Assembly: GCA_038087875.1 (NCBI GenBank)
Contig: JAXLNO010000438.1
Span: forward strand, 1-64,000
DNA length: 64,000 bases
Direction: 5' to 3'
Source: Malacoraja senta
Lineage: Eukaryota
The first letter of the stretch is position 1. Each line of letters opens with the position of its first letter. A model generated the notes under the pieces. The model ran no database searches and was not told the DNA's origin. It saw only the letters and a list, made by a program, of their open reading frames with translations. Position numbers and translations under genes: made by a program. Positions 38,151-49,259 of this stretch are shown here, piece after piece.

Positions 38151-38679
38151 GACAGAACACCCCGAAGGTTATGGACCGAGAGAGGGAATGTGGCGTTGAA
38201 GTAAATGATTAGACATGATCCTACTGAGTGTCAAAGAATTTCGTGGCCCGATGTTGGCTTTATATTTTCATTCTCCCTTCCAATTTCTATTGATGCCATT
38301 ACATGAACCATCCTGTACAATATTGATACCGTGGTTTGGGCTTGAACCTAGCCTCCAACATCTGACTTTCTAACATCATAATCATTGTTTGCCTTGGTAA
38401 CTCCAGCTACCATTTCCACCTTGGCTTTGGGATTTATTTGATGGTGATTCATAAACAATGCAGACAATCTGATCCCTACGTCATACAACTATCTCTTCAA
38501 ATATGAATTTGGAACTTCCCCTCCTTGAATGTTCCTCTTTCTTTATTCTTTTCGTCAAGTGTGACAAAATATTTATAGCATGGGAATATGAATGTGAATA
38601 ACAGGAAACGTATTGCAAATGCTGTTTGTAATGTTAAAGGGAAATATAATTGTATCCAGTACACACATAGATAATTTTA

Positions 38680-40150
38680 CGGGTTGCCATAGTGGGTGAC
38701 TTTAACTTCCCGATGTTGAATGGGAAGTACTCTGTGCAAAAGACTTAGAATGTGCAAACCGACTCAGAATTTCTCAGCTGTATCTAAAAGGTTTTCCTGA
38801 AACAGTATATGGATAGTTCAACTTGAGATGGACTATACTGGACCTAATATTGGAAAACAAGCCTGGCCAGGTGACTACTGTTTAAGTTGAAGAGCAATTT
38901 GGGGTTAGTGATCACAACATAAGTTTTAAGATTGTTTTGAATAGGAATAAATCTGAACCTTGAGGGAAGGTGCTGCATTAGAAACAGGCAAATTACAGTG
39001 TTATTCAGCAGATGGAAGGGAAAGTAAATTGGGAGCAATTGTTATTGGGTAGACACATATCTGACATGCGGGAGTCGTTTAAAGATCAGTTATCAAAATT
39101 CAGGATTGGCATGTTCCACCTTGGATGACCAAAGAGGTTGTAAATTTGTTGAAAAGGAGAATGGGTTTTATAAAATTAAAGCAGATCAAAGCCTTTGAGA
39201 AATAAAGCAAGTGTGAAAGAACAAGCAAGTGATTAGAAGGGCCAAAAGAGACCATGAAATAACTTTGGTAAATCAGATTAAAGAATACCCCCAGGGCTTT
39301 AAATGCAAGAGGGTAACCAGTGTGATGGTAGGACGCACAAGGATAAAGGAGGGAATTTGTGCATAGAGTTAGAGGATGTAGGCAAGGTACTAAATGAATA
39401 TCTGTATTCAACTTGGAAAAGGACATGGAGGACAATGTGATCATTGTGGAGAATACTAATATGCAAGGGCAGTTTGAGATCAGGAGGGTGGTGGTGTTTG
39501 GCTCCTGAAGAGCATTAAGGTGGATAAATCCTTAGGGTCTGATGGGGTTTCCCAGGTTATGAAAAGAGACAAAAAAGGACATTGCAGGGCCTTGCAGATC
39601 TTTGCATCTTCTCTCACTACAGATGCAGCTTTGGATGTCTGGAGAGTAGCTAATGCTGCTCTTTTATTTACAAAGGGAAATAGAGAGAATCCAGAGAACT
39701 ATAGGCCCCTAGTGAACCTCACGTCAGTAAGGTTATTGGTGAGGGTTCTTCGAGATAGGATATACTCCAATTTGGCTTATTAGTCAGGGATAGTCGGCAC
39801 AGCTTTGTATAAGTTGTTTTCTTTGGAATGCCTATGGTTGTGAGGAGAGCTAATAGAAATAAATAAAATTATGTGAAACATAAATAAGATATATGTCAGA
39901 ACTTTTTTGCCCAGGGTGGAAATGTCAGGCGAGAGAACAGAGCTTTAAGGTCAGAGAGGGAAAGTTTAAAGATGCTGGGTTGGTTATTTTACATAGAGAG
40001 CAGTGGGTGCCTGGAACAGGCACCAGAGGTGGTAATGGAGGCAGATGCCAAAGGCTTTTACACAGGCATCTGAATATGCATGGAATGGAGGGATATGGAT
40101 CATGTTCAAGGAGATGATATTAATTTATCCTGGCATTATATTCGACACTT
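38680..40150 (+). mobile_element. Old CR1 remnant, endonuclease to 3' end, with deletions
   Basis: GDFNF-like APE motif near 38695; KS.G.DG and NPENYRP in ORF 39520-39783. Confidence 0.75.
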
Positions 40151-41451
40151 ACATGTATTGGCATGGTACTTTCTGAAGCCCTAACCGATCATAATCAACT
40201 GACCCACATTATTCATCTTTTGAAAGTGCGTATAATTGTACATAACATGATTAAAAGATGGCCGGAGGTCAAGCTAGAAAAAAGCTTTGGGAACACGTTA
40301 CAATAGTTTCCATAGCCGAGGACTGACTATATAACAGTATGTTCATCCGGCACCGGTTGGATTTCTAAGAACTGATTTATTTGGAAATATGACATCCTGA
40401 TTTGCAGTTCAATTTCATGTAATACATTGTTTTGTTTTAAATTCCGTGATCCTTAACAGATCGTAAACACCAATGCATCTTTCCTGTTCTTGGTATTTGC
40501 CTTGTTGATTAAAACTTGCAGTTGCTTGTCAAAAATAATGGGATTTAAACAGATAGCTGGCCCATTTTTAAATATCTTAACTATACACGAACGTTACCCA
40601 TAGTATGTTAGACGATATATAGAAATGTTAGGTGTGTAGAAATGAACTTCAGTTTCTGGTTTACACTGAAGATATACAACAAATGCTGGAGTAACTCAGC
40701 GGGTCAGGAAGCATCTCTGGATAGAAGGAATGGGTGACGTTTCGGGTCGAGACCTTTATTCAGAAATCCTATTTTGACAAAAATAAATCCACTGGGATTA
40801 ATATTTCTAATAGCGTGTAAACCGGATGTATACGATCTATGAGGCAGGACAGAGTGTGACAAAAATATCGACTCGGGGTAAGTACGGAGAAAGGAAGGGC
40901 AATTCAAGCATTTGTTTTAAACAGAGTGTGCACGGCGAGGTGATTACTTTATCTGCCGTGTGAATGTTGGCGGAAGTCAAAATGATCTATCTTCAGTGAG
41001 ATACTCAAATACCAAGAACAGGATGTAAAATCCTTCAGCTTGCAAAGCTATTTTCAGTTATTTAAGTGAAATGCAATTCGATCCATAAATGTTTCTAATT
41101 ATAGTATTACAGTATATCCGGCGTGACCTCCAACGGGACATCTGGGATGGAAAACGTGCTGCACACATCCTGGAGAATGAAGGGAACGCGGCGTCCTCGG
41201 GCCTCGATGTTCCTTAAGCATCAACGTCAATGCACGCTTTTCCTGCTTATACGCCCCGGACGCTCGGTTGCCGACTTGGACTTGTATTGGAAAATTACTG
41301 ACTGACGGCGCCGTTGACCATACGCGTACTTCAGACTGCATCCTGTGATTTTCCATAATAGAGCAACATAAACTGCAAGGGCAGCCCAGTAAAAACAGGA
41401 CCTGACTGGCGCCTGGAGTGAGTAATTTCCTAAGGTGACCCTCAAGTATAA

Positions 41452-42030
41452 AATCATTGTATAAAATCATGAGAGGAGTAGATCGGGTCCACGGGGTCCT
41501 GTGCCCAGACTAGGAGAATCGGGAACTAGGAGACATGGGTTTAAAGTGAAGGGGGGAAATATTAAATAGGAATCTGAGTCATAGAGTGAACAGACCCTTC
41601 GGTCCAACTTGCCCACACCGGCCAACATATCCCAGCTGCACTAGTCCTGCCTGCCTGCTCTTGGTCCATATCCCTCCAAACCTGTCCTATCCATGTACCT
41701 GTGTAACTGTTTCTTAAACGTTGAGATAGTCCCAGCCTCAACTGCCTCCTCTGGCAGCTTGTTCCATACACCCACCATCCTTGTGAGGGGTAACTTTTTT
41801 CACACAAAGGGTGGTGGGTGTCTGGAACGAGCTGCCAGAGGAGGTAGTTGAGGCAGGGACTACTACAGAATTAAAAAAAAAAAAACAATTAGACAGGTAG
41901 ATGCATAGGACAGGTTTGGAGGGACATGGGCCAAACGCAGGCAAGATGGGACTAGATGGGACATGTTGGGCGGTATGGGCAAGTTGGGCCGAAGGACCTG
42001 TTTACACGGTGTAAGACTCTGACTATGATT
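41452..42030. mobile_element. CR1-type LINE 3' fragment (ATGACT-tail family) containing an inverted copy of its own 3' end
   Basis: 41452-41578 and 41785-42030 are colinear with 54090-54450; 41578-41784 is the reverse complement of ~41805-42025. Confidence 0.88.
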
Positions 42031-43165
42031 GTACCAATCATCTGGAAAGCGAAACGATGCTGCCCAGCCGATCAACAGTCCCTAAAAGATCATATTCATC
42101 CACCCTGTGCTCGTTTTAATCCGACATAAGCAGCCTCTAGATGCCTGCAGTGCCTTGCTAGCGGCGTGCCTCATTGTTGTCAGCATTGACATTTGTTAAA
42201 CGGCATCACACATGATTCCACTTTGGTTTCAAACGAATATCAATCATGACGTGTTACATTGTATCCACTGATCTAATCGAAGATTAGATTAGAGTTCCAA
42301 TCCATAAAACCATGTTTGTCTACAGATACAGATTTGATTCACATTTATTGCAGTACTCTTCGTGTTAAAGAATAGAGTTTCTGATATCACATTACTTATA
42401 ACCAAGTAAATGTTTGACTAAAGTTGTTACAAACTAATCCCTTCGAGAATTTTGTGGATTTGACCGCTCCACGAATAATCGATTGCAACAATTTAGCAGA
42501 AATGGACGGGAATCAAATGTTTCAAAGGAATAGTGTCAGTACATGAAAGTGGTGCTGGGATAAGGGCCAGGCCGTATCAAATGGGACAGCACTTGAAAGG
42601 AGCCGAGTCCTCCTGTTCAAAGTTAACTGGAGAATTTTGACCGGAGAGGTACATATGAATGAAGAGGAATGAATGGACAGTATAAATAATCCCTAGAAGG
42701 CATTTTAGACGTATATATTTGTGTTCAAGGGAATGTTAGAAATACTGTTTTACACACTGCTTTCCGGAGATAAAGCAGGATTTGGGTGCTGGACTTGGAG
42801 ACCATTCACATAAACATAGCCCGTTCGGAGTCTGGGCTGGTGGCCAAGATCAAGATGTGACGCACGTCTTCCTTATGTGACTGAGGAAACTCCCTGTGTT
42901 TCTATGGAGACGCAATCAATCATACACTTCTGAGGAACAACTCCTCCGTGTACCATAGCAACGCTATTGAACGACGATTAAACTAACGCCAAGTCAAATA
43001 ACTTGGTTAATCTCTACTTTTGACCTAAGCGTCCCGTAACTTTAAAACATTTTGAAGAGGATTTAGGTAGAAATTCCGTCTTAATTTATTTACTTGGATT
43101 TAATTTCGAAATTGCAGTCTAGGTATAAACATGTCTGTACATGTATATTATATTACACATACACA

Positions 43166-43169
<4 letters not shown>

Positions 43170-43238
<69 letters not shown>

Positions 43239-43298
43239 TATATATATATGATGTATATATATAATATATATATACATAATATATATAATATATATATA
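43170..43298. repeat. (TA)n microsatellite with degenerate AT-rich extension
   Basis: Direct inspection. Confidence 0.95.
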
Positions 43299-44070
43299 CA
43301 CGTCACCTATTCCTTTTCTCTAGAGATGCTGTCTAACCCGCTGTTACTTTTTGTACCAGATATATATTACATACAGTGTATGTATATATTACATGTAAGT
43401 AGAGTGCTCCCAAACTATTCCAGTTGAATGCAATAGAAGCTACAAGAAAACCAAAGAAGCGTTATGATTTTCAGTTTCAACAAGTTTCATAATTATCTGT
43501 CCAAATTTAAACATGTTAAGCCAAATATATTTTAGAACGAATATGGAGATTCGCGGCGAGCTCAATTAATTCTATAAGGTTAATTGGGATTTAAGTAGCT
43601 GATTGGATTCGGAAATTAGGAAATATTTAGTTGATAATATCTATTCATGGTGTTGATTATTCTATTAATACCAACAATCATGGTGCATTCTGAGAAAGAG
43701 GAGATGTCTCTAGGCCGCTTCTAAGGGTATTTGAATCTAATCCGTATTGCAATCACATGAATGTCGGACTGTAGCTGATCCAGGGTTCCTTTCCCTGCAC
43801 ATTTTAATGAACTAACTGGGGTTTAACAATCGGGCGTTTTGTGGTCGTTGTACAGAAACCTTCAACGGTTAATGCTAAATTGAGAGTATTAAACTGCCAC
43901 AATGGGATTTGATCCGACGTCCCCTGGTTTATCGGCACACTACACACCTGATTACTACTCCACTAGGGTGGGATATTCAGGAATATGACAACAAATGCAG
44001 TAATAGGATTCTTCATTCAGTTGCAATTTCATTTCCAGTAAATTCTCGGAAAGGGTTCATTCCAGATGGA

Positions 44071-44476
44071 GATTGAGAGGGGATCTTATAGAAACGTACA
44101 AAATTCTTATGGGGTTGGACAGGCTAGATGCAGGAAGATTGTTCCCGATGTTGGGGAAGTCCAGGACAAGGGGTCACAGCTTAAGGATAAGGGGGAAATC
44201 CTTTAAGACCGAGATGAGGAAAAACTTTTTCACACAGAGAGTGGTGAATCTCTGGAACTCTCTGCCACAGAGGGTAGTTGAGGCCAGTTCATTGGCTATA
44301 TTTAAGAGGGAGTTAGATGTGGCCCTTGTGGCTAAAGGGATCAGGGGGTATGGAGAGAAGGCAGGTACGGGATACTGAGTTGGATGATCAGCCATGATCA
44401 TATTGAATGGCGGTGCAGGCTCGAAGGGCCGAATGGCCTACTCCTGCACCTATTTTCTATGTTTCTATGTTTCTAT
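44071..44476 (+). mobile_element. Young CR1 3' fragment, (TTTCTATG)n tail
   Basis: Open ORF2 C-terminus RGDLIETYKI...RVVNLWNSLP, 3' UTR and tail; ATGGA on both sides (possible TSD). Confidence 0.92.
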
Positions 44477-45301
44477 GGAACAAACTCAAAACTAACGACC
44501 TTGCAATAGATTTATACAACTGCATTTTTCAAAAAAATACAAAGTTTTAGAAAGCAAATAAGAAAATCCTGGATTAAATGACCAGATAACAGTAGTCCAG
44601 GTTTTCGATAATCCCAACGAATTGACAGGTGACAATGACATTAACCCCCCTTGTACTGCATGGCACACTAGGGCAGTGGAAACAGAAGCAAGTTATTGCC
44701 AATTGAATTTGACACCAAGACGCATTCATCTTGAGATGATTTCCAACATAATTTGTGCGTTTTTTAACCAGACTTTCTAATTCCTTTGACAAATCATTAA
44801 AGGTAGTGGATTAATCAGAAACATAGATTTCCCAACCACTTTAGTGCAGACTTCTAAATTAACTTTCAGGATTGTCCTAAAATATAGTTTGTCTTGTAAA
44901 TCATTTGGAGTTTGTCAGCGAGTGAAATACAGACCTATATTTCAGAGGGGAAATGGCTTTAGCGTATAGATATCCATACTAAAGATAATTTCTGGAAATA
45001 TAGGTCTGTATTTCTCTCTTTAAACTCTAAAGGATTTGCAGTGTGGTTTGCATATTCCATGGTATATATGCCGCCAATCTATACCATCTAACCCAGAACC
45101 AATCTTGAACAGCATTGATGGGAAATAATGTTTGAAGTGTCGTTTAAAGGCTGTGCAAGCTAGAATGGAACAAAATCTGCGCTAAACATTCATGTGGTTG
45201 GTACAGTTAAAATAAGTGTGCTGTTTTAATAAACAGGGTAAGGAATCCAAATAACACTTTTAGCTGTTCAACTCTAAACAAAGAGATGTAAAAAAAATTG
45301 T

Positions 45302-45363
45302 TTTATTGAGCTCGTACAAAATATATGTACAATAAAGAATATGGCCATTGTGTAAATAAATAA
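45302..45363 (-). promoter_or_regulatory. DUSP1: DUSP1 3' UTR elements: AU-rich element, Pumilio element, poly(A) signal
   Basis: On the minus strand: TTATTTATTTA (45353-45363), TGTACATA (45324-45331, fits UGUANAUA) and AATAAA (45302-45307), about 290 nt after the stop codon. Confidence 0.75.
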
Positions 45364-45595
45364 TTGTATAAATTATCAAACTGAAATCAGTATAAACGTC
45401 AACATTAAAAAAGTATAAAAAGTGCTAAATTGCCGATTGTATCTTCGCCAGACAGTTTTCAGAATTAGACACAGTGCAATGGTCTGGTTGAGATATTTCA
45501 GGATGAATCTCTGTGCATTGAGGAAAGGCGTGGACACGACCTCTCCCAGCTTATTGTGCTTTGTTTAGTCCGGAAAATACAGTCGTTCCCGCACG

Positions 45596-45960
45596 TCAAT
45601 ATGTAGGGGAGGTGGTAATGGGACTCTGGAGATAACTCAAGGAGTTAGCTGGTGAACGGACGGGCATGCTGACAGGGAAGTTAAAGACGAATCGAGTTGA
45701 AGTACTGGAGGGGTTATTAGCGGGACTGGCAGCCTCTGTTGAACACGAAGGGGTGAACACTTGTGATTCAAACTGCAAAAGTTGTCCCATAAAACTGAAG
45801 TTCGGGGAAATGACGCTCCTGCGTTGTTTAACGAACTCGAAAGCTTCGTCTAACTTCACCCGGTTGGCTCTCATGAGATAAGCAAGGCAGATGGTAGCAG
45901 ATCGAGAGATCCCAGCCTGACAATGAACAAACACACGGCCGCCAGCATTCTTCACAGAGT
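45596..45960 (-). CDS. DUSP1: DUSP1 coding exon 4 (active site and C-terminus)
   Basis: ccAG acceptor; HCQAGISRS (HCX5R) motif, FNFP docking motif, SYLQSPITTSPTY then TGA. The four exons sum to 1101 nt = 366 aa + stop. Confidence 0.97.
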
Positions 45961-46279
45961 CTGGAGAGAGACAAAAGTCAGATTGAGTACTGAAAAAACG
46001 GTTATGATAAAATATTTACTGCTCAAGTTTTTAAAACAGTTTTATGAATTTTATGAATAAACTCCGATTAGGTAGCTGAAGCAGAGACTAATAGAAGATA
46101 GATACAAAAAACTAATGTTGACAATTTAACTCAAATTCACTTCTGTGCATTACTTGACAGGAAAGTGTTGGCTGCATGTCTTCGAACACTTATTATGAAT
46201 CTCTCGGCAATATTCAAGCTTAACATGTCTATATGTTGAATTAACTGCGTATTGTAGGGATTAAATCACAAGAATTTAC

Positions 46280-46499
46280 CTATAAATTCAATGGCGTCGA
46301 GGAACCAGGAGCTGATGTCTGCTTTGTGACTGTCCTCCACCGGGATAGATTTATATTGATAATGTTCCTCAAAGTGGTTTGGACAATTAGCAGAGACGTT
46401 AATCAGGGCCGTAATTCCAAGGGCGTCCAACATATCCTTCCTTGACGCATGGTAGGCACTTCCGAGGTAGAGGAAAGGGAGAATTTCTACAGGTCCACC
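46280..46499 (-). CDS. DUSP1: DUSP1 coding exon 3 (catalytic domain, N-terminal part)
   Basis: tcAG acceptor, G|GTAAAT donor; 220 nt. GGPVEILPFLYLGSAYHASRKDMLDALGITALINVSANCPNHFEEHYQYKSIPVEDSHKADISSWFLDAIEFI. Confidence 0.97.
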
Positions 46500-46670
46500 C
46501 TGAGAAGTAAAAAAAAACACTTTCAATTTCCCAGTAAATTTCCTATGTCAATTTTTATGACAATTGGCTGGTTAATCAGCAATCCTTTTTATCTATATTG
46601 CAGAGACATTTAGATTAAACGGTGGGTCATATAAATGTTGCTCAACAGTGAACAGTTAGCAATAACTAAC

Positions 46671-46816
46671 CTGATCATAGAGCGGAGTATCACAGGAACT
46701 GCAGCTTGGCTCCGCACTGCTGGGGCGGCGGTTGGCGCTTAGAGGTAGAGACAACGATGGGGGCGAAGGTTTAGTGCAAAATTCTGGATATTCTGTGGAA
46801 AATGCATCATAGCCAC
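46671..46816 (-). CDS. DUSP1: DUSP1 coding exon 2 (not in ORF track)
   Basis: tttcAG acceptor and CAG|GTTAGT donor; 146 nt. Reads (G)GYDAFSTEYPEFCTKPSPPSLSLPLSANRRPSSAEPSCSSCDTPLYDQ in frame with exons 1 and 3. Confidence 0.96.
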
Positions 46817-47139
46817 CTGAAATTAAACAAACGCGAAACTGATTAATGCACTGTAACCTTAAGGCATCAAATCGAATTTTACCGAAGCTAAAGAGAAACG
46901 TACACGACCCACCAACATCGCATGTTTAATTTCACATCTTTTAAAACTTGTTTAAAGTCGTCAATGTTTTACGCAGAACTATTTGATCGCTGGTTAGATA
47001 CACGATTTGGTTTCATTACCAGACCAATATGGTTCTGAGTGATACATCCGGCGTTAAAATGCCCCCAAGATTTAGTAGCATCGATGTGCCTTTTTCAGCG
47101 TCATTACTGCAACAAAAGTTAAGTACTCAATTTGCTTAC

Positions 47140-47509
47140 CTCGGAGAAAGGTAATGCTTGCTCCATATGATTCTCTGCACAACGTATTGACTGCTAAGTG
47201 CACCGTACTGTCTTTTTTGAGCATGTCAAACTCACAAGTCATTTCGTCAAATATGACTACGAATGAATAATGGCCGGAGATCAAGTTATTGCGAGATTCT
47301 TCATTCGGTACAATATGTTCAAGCCCCATCGTTCCTTTAGCCCTTCTCTTTACTATGGTACTGAAACGGACGTTGATTGAATTCACTACATGCGAGTCGT
47401 TGAAGGCGAAGAAAGATCGGCAGTCCAGCAACAGACATTTGGAAGAATTTTCTTTGAGAAGCTGTCCAAGAGTTTCATTGTTAACACTTGAGATTTCCAT
47501 CATGACCAT
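47140..47509 (-). CDS. DUSP1: Dual specificity phosphatase 1 (MKP-1), coding exon 1 (rhodanese/kinase-interaction domain)
   Basis: ATG at 47509. Translation MVMMEISS...KCLLLDCRSFFAFN...NVRFSTIVKRRAKGTMGLEHIVPN matches the DUSP1 N-terminus. Exon ends at G|GTAAGC donor; 370 nt, phase 1. Confidence 0.97.
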
Positions 47510-47629
47510 AATTGCTGATTATAAACACACAGCTGGTTCTCGAGAAGCTGATGGCAAAGCCTGCTTCTTAGATCGCCCTGTGTCCCGGACTGAAGTCTTT
47601 CCCCTTTTGCTCTGGCCGCGACTCTCCGA

Positions 47630-47812
47630 CTGCCTTTTTATGGAGGGTTTTTGTGAATGAAATTGACGCGGTGGCCGTCACGTGAGCCGGTGTGGTGACG
47701 CACGGTGCCTGGTGCACTTGACACGCCTTGTCCTTGACGTGTGCCAAGCAGGCGCGTCACGCCAGCTACAATCCCCAATGCCTAATTAGAAACAAACAGT
47801 GTGATGTAACTT
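47630..47812 (-). promoter_or_regulatory. DUSP1: DUSP1 proximal promoter
   Basis: TATA-like CATAAAA (47636-47642, minus); five TGACG/CGTCA CRE half-sites (47664, 47676, 47696, 47735, 47755); E-box CACGTG (47679-47684); TGATGTAAC (47802-47810); CpG-rich. Fits the known CRE/E-box immediate-early design of MKP-1 promoters. Confidence 0.8.
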
Positions 47813-47996
47813 CAGGCCAGCTGACCTGAAACCGCAGCGCCTGCATTTCAACCAGCACGAAGAGTACACTCAACTTTTAATGCATTCAGACAATAATTTA
47901 TATATTTAATTAGTTATGTATTATTTACAAAGTTGAGGACATTCAAACCCCATACCCCTTTTCAGCCCAAGCGACTGCAATCATTAACTGCAGTTA

Positions 47997-48154
47997 ATGT
48001 GTAGGAAGGAACTGCAGTTGTTGGTTTAAACCGAAGATGGACACAACAAAGCTGAAGTAATTTAGCAGGACAGGCAGCACCTTCGGAGAGAAGGAATGGG
48101 TGACGTTCCGGGTCGAGACCCTTCTTCAGACTCGGTTATCCTATTTACTGCAGA
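47997..48154 (-). mobile_element. Penelope-type cassette upstream of DUSP1
   Basis: Family sequence with core at 48099-48132 (GAAA changed to GGAA); flanked by TAACTGCAGTTA at 47985-47996 and 48155-48166. Confidence 0.8.
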
Positions 48155-49016
48155 TAACTGCAGTTATCCTATTTACACCAGGAGACATAAACATTCGTTT
48201 ACTGTTTATCTTACCAATAATTTTTTTTGTGTAGGTTATGCACTGTTTTGATCTTTTATCCTGAGTCAGATTAAATTGAGGAAATTAAGGGATTGGATAC
48301 ATACCGTCCCCTCGGTGTTAATGCACTCAGAGTACTGAAGGAATGAGATAATGCAGTAGTCACGGTGCAAGTATGGATTCACCTGACAATTCCTCATGTT
48401 TCCAAATAAATAGTTTATGGATGAGTATTCAAATAACTTTTTGTTTTTTTTGTTACGTGGACTGGAAACCACGGCGTGTAGTTATAAAATTTCCACAAAG
48501 CTGACAAATCTACTTACTTAGGATCTACAAATTTGATATAGATTAGATTAAAATATATTGCGTGTTGTGCTTTACCTAAAGTACAACGCGTTCTGAATGG
48601 ATAATTCGATTGCGTAATGAAGCTTCCTATGACCGGAGAATAACCTAAATAACATTGTCGCGGAGAATCGCCGCTAAAGAACAGAAACAGCCAACGCTAC
48701 AAAATGGGATACATTTTAAATGTGTCCATTACTCTTCCATAATTATGCAACTGCATAGCGAGTCACACTTTGTTATCAGAAAAGCAACTGATTTGTGAGC
48801 TCAGAACCAAGTTACGAAGCACTACTGCAAAAAGGATGTCGCCAGTAAAGTGACAATTCCAAACGAACGTGTCTTGGGGCTTAATCGGTGATAACGCCAG
48901 ACTAATATTGATTAATGCGCATTAAGAACTAAAATACAGTATTTTTAAAACCACAATAAAATACGTTTTATGCAAATACGTTTTTTGTGTGTCAAAATCA
49001 CATCCATTTAAGGATC

Positions 49017-49115
49017 GAAGGTAGACACAAAATGCTGAAGTAACTCAGTGAGACAGACAGCATCTCTGGAGAGAAGGAATGGGTGACGTTTCGGGACGAG
49101 ACCCTTCTTCTTCAG
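49017..49115 (-). mobile_element. Penelope-type cassette
   Basis: Family sequence flanked by TCCATTTAAGGATC at 49003-49016 and 49116-49129. Confidence 0.8.
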
Positions 49116-49259
49116 TCCATTTAAGGATCCATTTAAGGATCCATGTTTTCTGCAGAAAGATGTTTCAGAATTTGTGTGATATGACTCTGATAATTAGTTT
49201 ACCTGATCTTTCCTATTCTTATTCATATATAGCATGGACAGATGTTTACGTGGATTGTC

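Noticed and set aside
1..40000. Exons of NEURL1B, the expected neighbour on this side of DUSP1
   Set aside because: I found no NHR or RING coding exon; small exons or UTR could have been missed.
41099..41470. 123-aa minus-strand ORF
   Set aside because: It starts inside a LINE fragment and resembles no protein I know; the region is kept only as a non-coding candidate.
43119..43427. YI-repeat ORFs
   Set aside because: (TA)n microsatellite.
43690..43966. Possible ancient SINE remnant (also LINE-like 33385-33670 and A-tailed 14430-14740)
   Set aside because: Too decayed to assign a family or boundaries by eye.
47289..47660. 123-aa ORF antisense to DUSP1 exon 1 (and 45666-45881 antisense to exon 4)
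   Set aside because: Shadow ORFs of the real CDS; the longer one has a non-ATG start, and neither has independent support.
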